Shown here: positions 1 through 8,327 of the stretch, in pieces
Layout of the letters: each line of letters starts with the position of its first letter
How positions within the stretch are numbered: position 1 is the first letter of the stretch
Assembly: GCA_017961765.1 (NCBI GenBank)
Contig: JAGCWQ010000016.1
Location: 8,916-32,915, forward strand
Source of the DNA: Paludibacteraceae bacterium
GTDB lineage: Bacteria > Bacteroidota > Bacteroidia > Bacteroidales > Paludibacteraceae
Direction: 5' to 3'
DNA length: 24,000 nucleotides
The notes under the pieces: generated by a model
The model's input: only the letters and a program-made list of their open reading frames with translations
Database searches by the model: none
What the model was told of the DNA's origin: nothing
Program-made: the position numbers and the translations under genes

Positions 1-2
1 TT

Positions 3-2519
3 TTTCGTAAAAGGATTTGGGTGTTTTTACTAACGCTCGTTGCGGGTCAACTGCAAGCAGGGATCCACATAACAGAAATAATGCAAAGTAATTTTGGTGG
101 GGTCATTGATTACTACAATGAATTTCCAGATTCCTGGGTTGAACTATATAATTCAGGAGATGAGGATATCGACTTAGAAGGGTATTCCATAGGAGAGACG
201 AATGATATTGACTCAGCCTATACCATTCCGAACTCATACTTTATTTATACACAGGATTATGCACTCATTTTCTGCGACAAGGAGAATAAAGCACAGCACA
301 CCGATTTCAGACTGAATTCGGACAAACCTGGAGCCCTCTACTTATGGGATAATCAAGGCGTCTTGATAGATTCCATCCACTATCCAGAAATGATTTCTCC
401 CGAGGTATCATGGGGACGTCTGCCTGACAATCCAGACAGTCTGTCGCATTTTAGAATAGCGACACCGGAGAAGCCGAACAACAATACCCATACGGAACGA
501 ATCCTTAAAAAAGTCGATTTCTCAAGCAAAAGTGGCGTCAAGAAAAGACCGTTTTACCTAAAATTGAGTCTGAAGGGAGACCATCCAAAGGATGCCGTCA
601 TCCGATATACAACAGATGGTACGGAGCCGACAAGCACAAGTACGCTTTACCTAGACTCCATTTACATAGACCGAAACACGGTAATTAGAGCCAAACCATT
701 CAGTGACAGTGCCATCAGTAAAATCAGCAAAACCCAAACTTATCTCTTTTACAAAGACGACAAGATGCCGATCATCAGTATCGCTTGCGACGAATCTTAT
801 TTGTATGGCGATGATTTGGGAATTTTCTCCTATTCCGAAAAATACGCCCTTTCTCATCAGGACAATCTTCCGATCAGAAGTTGGATGGGGTACCATAACT
901 ATCTATACAATTGGCGTCGCCCCATTAATATTGAGTATATTTCCAGCGATTCATTGGAACCCAATTTCAATCAGTTGTCAGAAACTCGAGTATGTGGAAA
1001 TATCTCTCGTGAATACGAAATCAAATCAATGGTCGTTTATGCCAATAAACGTTTTGGAGACAAACACTTCAATGGCGTCTTTTGGAAGAATCTGAAGCCG
1101 AACGCCAACAAACAGAAGAGCATGACCATCCGCACCTCAGACAACAGCGGATTGTATTCAATAAACGACCAACTTTCACAAACCGCAATTGGCCGATTTG
1201 CCCAATATTATGACCTTGATTTTCAAGCACAACGGAATGTACAACTCTTTATTAACGGAGAATTTCAAAAAATCATGCACCTGCAGGAACGTGACGGAGA
1301 TGATTTTGTTTGGGCTAATCATAATAAAACCACAGACATAGAGATTTTGGAGACGGCTGATGGTCTGGGTACAACTTGGTATGACGAAGAGAAGTTTCCC
1401 AACTACACGCATTTCTGGGAGACATTCCAGTCAAAGCGAACGACATACCAGCAAATGGCAGAATTGTTGGATATAAATGCCTTTATGAATTTTGTTTCCA
1501 CATTGGCTTATTTTGCCAACGTCGATTTCCCTTACAACAATGCGGCTGCATGGTATGACAAGCAGGGGACAAAGAAATGGCGTTGGATTATGAAAGACAT
1601 GGACGCGACCATTCATGAGTACGATTATAGCTATTACAACTTCTTGTTACGGGTAAAGCCGTTTGAGGACTATAGTTGGGCCAATACGCCAGAAGCTTGC
1701 GCCGTCTATATCAAAATGTTCTCTTTGGAAAAATTCAAACAACCCTATATCGACAGAACCTGTGTCTTAGCAGGTACCGCATTCTCAAAAAATACGCTGA
1801 TTTATACGTTGGATAGTATTGTTGGAGACATGTCGCTAGCACTGACAACCAATGAATTAGAAGAATATGAGAAAGAATTGGAATCGGTTTATGAGTGGTG
1901 CAACCTCAGGAACTGGTACTATTATAAAGACTTGGGGAATTTTTTCAGCTTAGGTGATACGGCACGACTGACTATCCAATCGAGTCAAAACGATTCTTTG
2001 ATCTTCTTCAACAACAATCCGTTGGTTGGAAACAAATTTGATGGATACTTCTTTGAAAACAGAGACCTATATCTGACGCATGACAACAAGATGGATATTT
2101 ATGGACTGGATATTCCCGATACGGAAAGAATCAGCTATTTAGATTTGGGTGAAATGGTGGAGACAAAAGATTCAACAGCAACCCGCTGGACTATTGCGTA
2201 CGAATTGGAGAATCAACACATTGTCAAACATTACACCAACCAGCGCCTTCAATACAAGATCCCTGTGGGTGCTAAGAACGTCTATATTACAGATGGTTAT
2301 GCCAGCAGTGGCGGTATCCTCTCATCCGAACCCGACATCACAAGCCGAAATCCAGATGATCTCAGCTATATGGTGTATAACTTAGGGGGTGTATTCCTTG
2401 GAAAATTCACTTATATGGAATTATGCAACTTCAAGCCAAAGGATGACATCAACGTAGTGGTCGTCTTAGATGCCAAAGGACAAAAACTATACTCCTTCAA
2501 ATTGCTGAAAGAGAAGTAA
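3..2519 (+). CDS. Secreted CotH-family (kinase-like) protein with an N-terminal lamin-tail domain, a chitobiase/hexosaminidase-C-like domain and a probable T9SS C-terminal sorting domain. The 5' end is probably off the window.
   Basis: The frame is open back to nt 3. The residues FRKRIWVFLLTLVAGQLQA look like the tail of a signal peptide, so the GTG at 21 is probably not the true start. The LTD-like motif is ITEIMQSN...SWVELYNSGDEDIDLEGYSIGE. VIRYTTDGTEPTSTS is typical of the CHB_HEX_C domain. The central region is CotH-like (NGEFQKIMHLQERDGDDFV). The C-terminus MVYNLGGVFLGKF...INVVVVLDAKGQKLYSFKLLKEK resembles a Por/T9SS sorting domain. Confidence 0.7.
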   Translation, partial: FRKRIWVFLLTLVAGQLQAGIHITEIMQSNFGGVIDYYNEFPDSWVELYNSGDEDIDLEGYSIGETNDIDSAYTIPNSYFIYTQDYALIFCDKENKAQHTDFRLNSDKPGALYLWDNQGVLIDSIHYPEMISPEVSWGRLPDNPDSLSHFRIATPEKPNNNTHTERILKKVDFSSKSGVKKRPFYLKLSLKGDHPKDAVIRYTTDGTEPTSTSTLYLDSIYIDRNTVIRAKPFSDSAISKISKTQTYLFYKDDKMPIISIACDESYLYGDDLGIFSYSEKYALSHQDNLPIRSWMGYHNYLYNWRRPINIEYISSDSLEPNFNQLSETRVCGNISREYEIKSMVVYANKRFGDKHFNGVFWKNLKPNANKQKSMTIRTSDNSGLYSINDQLSQTAIGRFAQYYDLDFQAQRNVQLFINGEFQKIMHLQERDGDDFVWANHNKTTDIEILETADGLGTTWYDEEKFPNYTHFWETFQSKRTTYQQMAELLDINAFMNFVSTLAYFANVDFPYNNAAAWYDKQGTKKWRWIMKDMDATIHEYDYSYYNFLLRVKPFEDYSWANTPEACAVYIKMFSLEKFKQPYIDRTCVLAGTAFSKNTLIYTLDSIVGDMSLALTTNELEEYEKELESVYEWCNLRNWYYYKDLGNFFSLGDTARLTIQSSQNDSLIFFNNNPLVGNKFDGYFFENRDLYLTHDNKMDIYGLDIPDTERISYLDLGEMVETKDSTATRWTIAYELENQHIVKHYTNQRLQYKIPVGAKNVYITDGYASSGGILSSEPDITSRNPDDLSYMVYNLGGVFLGKFTYMELCNFKPKDDINVVVVLDAKGQKLYSFKLLKEK

Positions 2520-2543
2520 TCCATAGGAAAATAAAGAAGACAA

Positions 2544-2578
2544 AGCCCTCGGAACTCACAATATGAATTTCGGGGGCT
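2544..2578 (+). terminator. Candidate hairpin terminator downstream of the CotH gene, with no U-tract
   Basis: AGCCCTCGGAA (2544-2554) pairs with TTTCGGGGGCT (2568-2578). That gives 11 bp including 2 G-U pairs, with a 13-nt loop. No T-run follows the hairpin. Confidence 0.3.
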
Positions 2579-2750
2579 CTGCGTTACGATCCACCTCCGA
2601 CCCAAAGCTCATATAATGTTCGATAAATGGGGATGCCCACAAATTCATTTTTCCCTTTATCTGTTGCCGTTTAAGAAAAAGTACGTATATTCGCATTACT
2701 AATTGAAGCAATTCACAATAAGGATTATTCCGTTGTGAAAACATTAGGTT

Positions 2751-2775
2751 GCCTCGTCCTTAACGGGGCTTTTTT
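2751..2775 (+). terminator. Short hairpin plus T6 tract, an orphan terminator or attenuator 60 nt upstream of miaA
   Basis: GCCTC-GTCCTTAAC-GGGGC is followed by TTTTTTGTG. It lies about 250 nt after the CotH stop. Confidence 0.35.
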
Positions 2776-2835
2776 GTGTTAAGGCATTGAGTTCATGCGG
2801 TATTTTCTGCGGATGGTTACAAAACACTTGGCAAA

Positions 2836-3747
2836 ATGACAAAAAAGTTAATTACGATCATAGGCCCTACGGCAAGCGGTAAGACGGCTTTGGCAGCCCA
2901 TCTGGCATATAGGTTGGACGGTGAAATCATCAGCGGCGACTCCAGGCAGATCTACCGTCACATGGATTTGGGAACGGGCAAGGACTTGGACGATTATACG
3001 GTGAACGGCAAGAATATCCCTTACCACTTGATTGATATCGCAGATCCTGGCTATAAGTACAACGTATTCGAATTTCAACGCGATTTTCTAAAGGCCTACG
3101 ACTCCATTCTAGAAAGGGGGAGACAACCCATTTTATGCGGTGGAACGGGACTTTATATCGAAGCTATCCTGAAAGGATACCGCCTCCAGCCCGTCTCTGA
3201 GAACAAAGAGCTGCGGGAAGCCCTTGCCGACAAAAGTTTGGCCGAATTGACCGAGATTTTGAAAGGGTATAAGCAACTCCACAACACCACCGATGTGGAT
3301 ACGGCCAAACGTGCCATCCGCGCCATCGAAATCGAGGAGTACTATAAAACGCATGAATACGACGAACTTCTGGCCTTCCCCAAAATGGAGAGCGTCATCA
3401 TTGGAGTTAACATCGACCGTGAAAGCCGACGCAAACGCATCTCTGAACGACTGAAAAGCAGATTGGAGAACGGAATGCTCGATGAAATCAAGCATTTGCT
3501 CGATATGGGCGTCGCTCCCGAAGACCTCATCTATTACGGTCTGGAATATAAATATCTGACAAATTATGTCATCGGGAAGATTTCCTACGAGGAAATGTAT
3601 TCCGGATTGGAGATTGCCATCCATCAATTCGCCAAAAGACAGATGACCTGGTTCAGGGGCATGGAACGCAGAGGTTTCCCTATCCATTGGATTGACTTCC
3701 ATCAACCAATGGAGGACAAAGTGAACCAAATATGCTCGTTTTTGTGA
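2836..3747 (+). CDS. miaA: tRNA dimethylallyltransferase (tRNA isopentenyltransferase)
   Basis: The P-loop start IIGPTASGKTALAAHLA is followed by GEIISGDSRQIYRHMDLGTGK and PYHLIDI, the characteristic MiaA N-terminus. The length of 303 aa is typical. Confidence 0.9.
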   Translation: MTKKLITIIGPTASGKTALAAHLAYRLDGEIISGDSRQIYRHMDLGTGKDLDDYTVNGKNIPYHLIDIADPGYKYNVFEFQRDFLKAYDSILERGRQPILCGGTGLYIEAILKGYRLQPVSENKELREALADKSLAELTEILKGYKQLHNTTDVDTAKRAIRAIEIEEYYKTHEYDELLAFPKMESVIIGVNIDRESRRKRISERLKSRLENGMLDEIKHLLDMGVAPEDLIYYGLEYKYLTNYVIGKISYEEMYSGLEIAIHQFAKRQMTWFRGMERRGFPIHWIDFHQPMEDKVNQICSFL

Positions 3748-3938
3748 TGGAATCGCGTTAAATTGATTTAGATTAATAGAAAACCACTTCTTTCTCGATG
3801 GTGATTTCAAAAAAAATGTACATCTTTGCATTGTAGGGTTGAGGAATCAAAAAAAGAAGAAAACGAACTGATTTAGATAGGGCATAAATTCCAAAACCCC
3901 AAGTAAAAAAGGTATAGTAATATTTTAATTAAAAATCA

Positions 3939-4475
3939 ATGCTTATGAAGACACTAAACGCAAAAAGTTGGTTCTTGTGTTTTTTTATTTTCTTGTTTGG
4001 ATGCAGTTCAATTGGTGAGGAAAGAAATAAAAATATGTCACTTGTGTATGGTGAGTTACTGCAAAAAATAAACTCACAAGAGCGCATTTCCCAGTTTTTC
4101 AACAGTGAGGAAGGTTCATTTCTTCCGATGGCTGAATGGTTGTTGGATTTTGACTACAAAGTGGGCAAAAAGAAGCTTTATCTTACATTGCTGAATGTCT
4201 CCGAATCAGCTCAGGCAGACTACATGGTTTCCATTACCAATGATACGATCCAAATCAAGGAAGGGGCTTCTTCTTTCAGCAATTCTATCGTGACAAAAGA
4301 CTTGAAATATGCATTGGATGACATTCAACCTAAAAAATATATTCTACAATATAAGGGATTGTCTTTGGAGTTGGATTTGACAGACATCGACCAAAAGTCT
4401 AAATACTCAATGTTGGCTGACGGTTCTTACGTAATCGTATCCAATGAAAGAGCAGTGATAGACGAGGGCGTCTGA
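3939..4475 (+). CDS. Hypothetical lipoprotein
   Basis: A signal peptide ends in the lipobox LFGC|SS. I recognise no family. An alternative ATG lies at 3945. Confidence 0.6.
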   Translation: MLMKTLNAKSWFLCFFIFLFGCSSIGEERNKNMSLVYGELLQKINSQERISQFFNSEEGSFLPMAEWLLDFDYKVGKKKLYLTLLNVSESAQADYMVSITNDTIQIKEGASSFSNSIVTKDLKYALDDIQPKKYILQYKGLSLELDLTDIDQKSKYSMLADGSYVIVSNERAVIDEGV

Positions 4476-4514
4476 TTCACCTTTGAACTTATTTGCTATC
4501 CTTCCAATGGATAG

Positions 4515-4549
4515 AAAAAAAGGAGTGGTTTGAAACCATTCCTTTTTTT
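4515..4549 (+). terminator. Rho-independent terminator after the lipoprotein gene
   Basis: GGAGTGGTT (4522-4530) pairs with AACCATTCC (4534-4542). A T7 run follows at 4543-4549 and an A-run precedes the hairpin. Confidence 0.7.
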
Positions 4550-4693
4550 GTCTCTTGACCTAAGACAAGAGCTAATTGCTATCTGAGAGGCAAGGGGCTA
4601 TAATCGACCTTTATTTCCTAAAAAAAGAGCCCTATTTTTTTGCTTATTTTTACATTTGTTTTGAATTTCCTTTTTGATTGCTTGATATTTTGT

Positions 4694-4701
4694 TACTTTT
4701 G
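4694..4701 (+). promoter_or_regulatory. Bacteroidota -7 promoter box (TAnnTTTG) for the Crp/Fnr gene
   Basis: TACTTTTG lies 24 nt upstream of the ATG at 4725. A second match, TACATTTG, is at 4651-4658. Confidence 0.35.
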
Positions 4702-4724
4702 CGACAACTAATAAAGTTGGGCGT

Positions 4725-5426
4725 ATGACGAGAAAGCAAGAGCCATTGTTGAAAAGCATTGAGGAGGTTTCCGACTTGTGGAAAGTGTTGACTCCTGAGC
4801 AATTGGCTTACTTGAAGGCTAACTACGAAGTTCAGAAGTACAAGAAGAACCAGATAGTTTATTGTGAGGGCGATACTCCCACACATGTATTGTGTTTGGT
4901 AAGCGGCAAGGTGAAGATATTCAAGACCGGAGTAGGAGGGCGCTCACAAATAGTCCGTATGGTAAAACCTGGCGAGACATTCGCATATCGAGCCATGTTT
5001 GCCGAGGAGGATTTTGTGACGGGCGCTTCCGCTTTCGAACCTTCGATTATCTATGCCATTCCCAAGGAGGTGATAAAAAAATTGATTTCCCAGAACAGCC
5101 AATTGGCATGGTATTTCATCCATGCACTCTCCGTCGATCTGGGTATTGCAGATTCAAGGGCAGTCAGCCTGACCCAAAAGCATATCCGTGGCCGATTGGC
5201 GGAATCACTCGTATTCCTACGTGACAACTACGGAGTAGAGGAGGACGGGGCGACACTGAGCATCTATTTGTCTAGGGAGGATTTGGCAAGCCTATCCAAC
5301 ATGACCACCTCCAACGCCATCCGAACCTTGTCCAACTTCGTCACCGAACACATTATCGCTTTGGATGGACGAAAGATTAAAATCATCGACGAGGAGATGC
5401 TTCGGAAGATTAGCAAAATAGGATAA
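4725..5426 (+). CDS. Crp/Fnr-family transcriptional regulator (cNMP-binding domain plus C-terminal HTH)
   Basis: The cNMP-binding-like region is YCEGDTPTHVLCLVSGKVKIFK...GRSQIVRMVKPGETFAY. The C-terminal HTH is SREDLASLSNMTTSNAIRTLSNF. The length is 233 aa. Confidence 0.8.
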   Translation: MTRKQEPLLKSIEEVSDLWKVLTPEQLAYLKANYEVQKYKKNQIVYCEGDTPTHVLCLVSGKVKIFKTGVGGRSQIVRMVKPGETFAYRAMFAEEDFVTGASAFEPSIIYAIPKEVIKKLISQNSQLAWYFIHALSVDLGIADSRAVSLTQKHIRGRLAESLVFLRDNYGVEEDGATLSIYLSREDLASLSNMTTSNAIRTLSNFVTEHIIALDGRKIKIIDEEMLRKISKIG

Positions 5427-5442
5427 ATTCAAGATAGAGTCG

Positions 5443-5479
5443 AAAAAAAATCCTCACACAGTTGTGTGGGGATTTTTTT
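5443..5479. terminator. Bidirectional terminator between convergent crp/fnr-like and nfo genes
   Basis: TCCTCACAC (5451-5459) pairs with GTGTGGGGA (5464-5472). The hairpin is flanked by A8 upstream and T7 downstream. Confidence 0.75.
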
Positions 5480-5496
5480 ATCTTGTTTCCGCCGTT

Positions 5497-6339
5497 TTAC
5501 TCGATGAATCCGTATAGTTTTTTGATCTCTTCCGGCCAAAGCGATTCATCCGGAGTCTCCAAGATAAGAGGAATTTCATCCAATCGAGGGTCGTTCATCA
5601 AAATTCGGAACGGTTCATCACCAATAGCACCCTTTCCTATGCTCTCGTGCCTATCCACATGCGATCCGACACCCTTCTTCGAGTCGTTGATGTGCATGCC
5701 CTTCAGATATTCGAATCCGATGATTTGCCCGAATTGATCGAGAGTTTCCTTCACCGCCTTCTCCGACGAAAGGTCGTAGCCTGCCGCCAACGCATGGCAC
5801 GTATCGATGCAAATGCCGACCCTGCTTTTGTCCTCGACGAGGTCGATGATAAACTTCAGCTCTTCGAACTTATTACCCACGTTGCTACCTTGCCCCGCCG
5901 TATTCTCGATGACGGCACAAACACCATGGGTCTTGTCCAAAGTGATGTTGATGGACTCTGCAATTCTTCTAAGACACTCCTCCGTAGAGATCTCCTTGAG
6001 GGAACTTCCGGGATGGAAGTTGAGTAGGGACAAACCGAGTTCTTCACATCGTTGCATCTCTCCGAGAAACGAAGCCCGAGATTTCTCCAAATTCTCATCG
6101 TTCGGATGTCCAAGGTTGATGAGGTAACTATCATGTGGCAGGATATGCTTCGCCTCAAAACCGGCCGATTCGCAATTCTGCTTGAATTTTGAAATGCTAC
6201 TTTTGGACAAAGGGGCTGCCATCCATTGTCGTTGGTTTTTCGTAAAAAGAGCAAAAGCCTTTGCTCCGATAGCAGAGGCGTTAAGGGGGGCGTTTTCAAC
6301 ACCTCCAGATGCACTGACGTGAGCTCCGATATATTTCAT
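5497..6339 (-). CDS. nfo: Deoxyribonuclease IV (endonuclease IV, AP endonuclease)
   Basis: The protein starts [13 protein letters not shown]. It also carries [29 protein letters not shown] and the ETP C-terminal motif. The length is 280 aa. Confidence 0.9.
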   Translation of the reverse strand: MKYIGAHVSASGGVENAPLNASAIGAKAFALFTKNQRQWMAAPLSKSSISKFKQNCESAGFEAKHILPHDSYLINLGHPNDENLEKSRASFLGEMQRCEELGLSLLNFHPGSSLKEISTEECLRRIAESINITLDKTHGVCAVIENTAGQGSNVGNKFEELKFIIDLVEDKSRVGICIDTCHALAAGYDLSSEKAVKETLDQFGQIIGFEYLKGMHINDSKKGVGSHVDRHESIGKGAIGDEPFRILMNDPRLDEIPLILETPDESLWPEEIKKLYGFIE

Positions 6340-6352
6340 GATGACAAAATTT

Positions 6353-6401
6353 AGAGAGCCAAGGCCTTTCGATCAAAGAAAATCACCAGCCTTAACTCTC
6401 T
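6353..6401 (-). terminator. Long hairpin between the rubrerythrin stop and the nfo start, a candidate terminator of the perR-like/rbr operon
   Basis: On the minus-strand RNA, AGAGAGTTAAGGC pairs with GCCTTGGCTCTCT. This gives 13 bp when two G-U pairs are counted. On the plus strand those two positions are C-A mismatches, which favours minus-strand function. The sequence AAATTTTG follows the hairpin. Confidence 0.45.
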
Positions 6402-6425
6402 TGTTTTTAATATATATAAATATGA

Positions 6426-6971
6426 TTATTTGAAGTATCTGTTGAACAATCCTTCAAAGCCTTTTCCGTGGCGAGCTTCATCCTTTGCCATTTCGTGAAC
6501 GGTATCGTGGATTGCATCAAGGTTCAACTCTTTGGCACGTTTAGCGATTCTCAATTTATCAGTACAAGCGCCAGATTCTGCGTTCATTCTCTTTTGGAGG
6601 TTAGTCTTGGTGTCCCAAACAACATCGCCGAGAAGTTCAGCGAACTTAGAAGCGTGCTCAGCCTCCTCGAACGCGTAGCGTTTGAAAGCCTCCGCAATTT
6701 CAGGATAACCTTCACGGTCTGCTTGGCGGCTCATGGCAAGGTACATTCCGACCTCGCTGCACTCGCCGTTGAAGTGCGTGTTCAAATCCTTGATCATCTC
6801 AGCATCGCAACCCTTTGCTTCACCAAGCTTATGTTCAGTAGGGAATTGCAACTCGTTTTCATCGACAACTTTGAACTTGCTGCCTGCCGCACCACACAAT
6901 GGGCACTTCTCTGGAGCCGTTTCACCTTCATGCTCGTAACCACACACTGGACAAATGAATTTCTTTTTCAT
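6426..6971 (-). CDS. rbr: Reverse rubrerythrin (N-terminal rubredoxin-like Cys4 domain plus a C-terminal diiron ferritin-like domain)
   Basis: CPVCG...CPLCG lies at residues 7-27. The diiron ligand motifs follow: [13 protein letters not shown] and DEARH. The domain order is inverted relative to classical rubrerythrin. Confidence 0.85.
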   Translation of the reverse strand: MKKKFICPVCGYEHEGETAPEKCPLCGAAGSKFKVVDENELQFPTEHKLGEAKGCDAEMIKDLNTHFNGECSEVGMYLAMSRQADREGYPEIAEAFKRYAFEEAEHASKFAELLGDVVWDTKTNLQKRMNAESGACTDKLRIAKRAKELNLDAIHDTVHEMAKDEARHGKGFEGLFNRYFK

Positions 6972-7003
6972 AACTTTAAAATTAAATAAATGTAATCAAT
7001 ATA

Positions 7004-7432
7004 TTACTTATCGCTTTTTTCGCAGCATTTCCGACAATACCCTTTATAATAGAGGTGTGTCTCGGTAATAGTAAACAAATCCGACTCAGACGCCCTTTCC
7101 CTCACACTCGCATCCATTTCAATGTCGTAGATTTGGCCACATCCCAAACAAAAGAAGTGGGCATGACTGCTTAAATCCCCATCAAAATGGGTTGTTTTCT
7201 CATCTATGGTCAACATGAGGGCCGCCCCGTGTTCAACAAAGAGCTTCAACGTATTATATACGGTCGTCTTGGATAGAGTGGGAATACGAGGGGACAAATC
7301 GTTGTAGATGGTCTCTACTGAAGGATGGGTAGGATGCGTCCGAAGATAATCCATAATGGATATTCTTTGGAAGGATGGTTTGATACCATGTTCAACCAGA
7401 TACTTTTCTACGTTTTCCTTTCTTGATACCAT
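7004..7432 (-). CDS. Fur-family metalloregulator, PerR-like by context
   Basis: The winged-helix region is PSFQRISIMDYL...HPSVETIYNDL...LSKTTVYNTLKLF. HFDG..HAHFFCLGCG and CRKCC are the structural Zn Cys motifs. The gene sits 32 nt upstream of rbr on the same strand. Confidence 0.8.
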   Translation of the reverse strand: MVSRKENVEKYLVEHGIKPSFQRISIMDYLRTHPTHPSVETIYNDLSPRIPTLSKTTVYNTLKLFVEHGAALMLTIDEKTTHFDGDLSSHAHFFCLGCGQIYDIEMDASVRERASESDLFTITETHLYYKGYCRKCCEKSDK

Positions 7433-7462
7433 TTTGTAATCTTTACAAATTTGTTTTCATTT

Positions 7463-7470
7463 CAAATATA
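7463..7470 (-). promoter_or_regulatory. -7 promoter box (TATATTTG on the minus strand) for the perR-like/rbr operon
   Basis: The reverse complement of CAAATATA matches TAnnTTTG and lies 31 nt upstream of the start at 7432. It is flanked by the direct repeat GTAATCTTT at 7436-7444 and 7471-7479. Confidence 0.4.
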
Positions 7471-7599
7471 GTAATCTTTTTTGAGATACCCAAAGGTTTG
7501 GATTTTTTATTCAAGAAAAATTATTAGAAAAGATACCAACTCATCGAAATTTCTTTGAATTTTTGTTAAAGAGGAGAGGGGAGATCCGAGACCGTTTTC

Positions 7600-7707
7600 C
7601 ATGACAAAAATCAAGCGATAGACATATGTCAATGACATATATCTATTGATTTTCAGAGGAGTCTTGACCCTAGTCAATATGTGGAGTTTTTCCCCATTTT
7701 TGTCATG
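7600..7707. repeat. 12-bp perfect inverted repeat enclosing nested palindromes, in an intergenic region
   Basis: CATGACAAAAAT (7600-7611) is the exact reverse complement of ATTTTTGTCATG (7696-7707). Inside are the palindrome GACATATGTC (7621-7630), a second GACATAT at 7634, and TTGAC-CCTA-GTCAA (7664-7677). Confidence 0.6.
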
Positions 7708-7817
7708 CCGAAATTTGTCTTTTTCATATTCATTAACTAATTTCACAACAGATAAATAAAACGAACGCATATAAAACGAACTAAATTAATTGTCTAACAA
7801 AAAAAATTTATGGGCTT

Positions 7818-8237
7818 ATGAAAACGAACTTTTTTATATTAGTTGCTTTGATGCTTACCTCTTTTATCTCAGTAGAAGCTCAAAATAGATTGCCTTACGT
7901 TTTAAGAGGCGATGTGAATGGTTGCGATACGGTCTATACCTTACCTGAAAGGAAAGCCGAATTTCCTGGCGGTATGAATGCTATGTATGAATTTCTTAAT
8001 GAAAATATAAAGAATTCTGTTAATTTTGTGCCTGCAATGTCTTCCCATCGTATTCTAGTAAAGATGTTGGTTAACGACGAGGGTGCAATCGTTGAGACAA
8101 AGTTGATGATGCCATCCGGAACATCTTTGGACGATGAGTTGCTGAAAGTGTTCTCCACTTTCCCTGATATGGTTCCTGCTCGCTATGGCAACCGTGACGT
8201 TTGCTCTTACTTGATTGTCACATTGGGCTACGAATAA
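7818..8237 (+). CDS. Small exported protein with a TonB C-terminal-like domain
   Basis: The signal peptide is MKTNFFILVALMLTSFISVEA. The motif AEFPGGMNAMYEFLNENI is typical of Bacteroidota TonB_C-type proteins. Confidence 0.6.
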   Translation: MKTNFFILVALMLTSFISVEAQNRLPYVLRGDVNGCDTVYTLPERKAEFPGGMNAMYEFLNENIKNSVNFVPAMSSHRILVKMLVNDEGAIVETKLMMPSGTSLDDELLKVFSTFPDMVPARYGNRDVCSYLIVTLGYE

Positions 8238-8327
8238 AAAGGCGCTTATTTAACGGATTATCCCATACGGGGGAAGGCTTTTGCATATTTTATCACACGT
8301 CACCCAGTGGCGTAAAAAACAGAAGAG

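Noticed and set aside
3133-3831. 232-aa minus-strand ORF
   Set aside because: It is entirely antisense to the well-supported miaA CDS and has no recognisable motifs. It looks like a typical shadow ORF.
7507-7770. 87-aa minus-strand ORF as a real gene
   Set aside because: It has no family features, start context or terminator. It would have to contain a 12-bp perfect inverted repeat and several palindromes. I treat it as non-coding, though homology searching could still overturn this.
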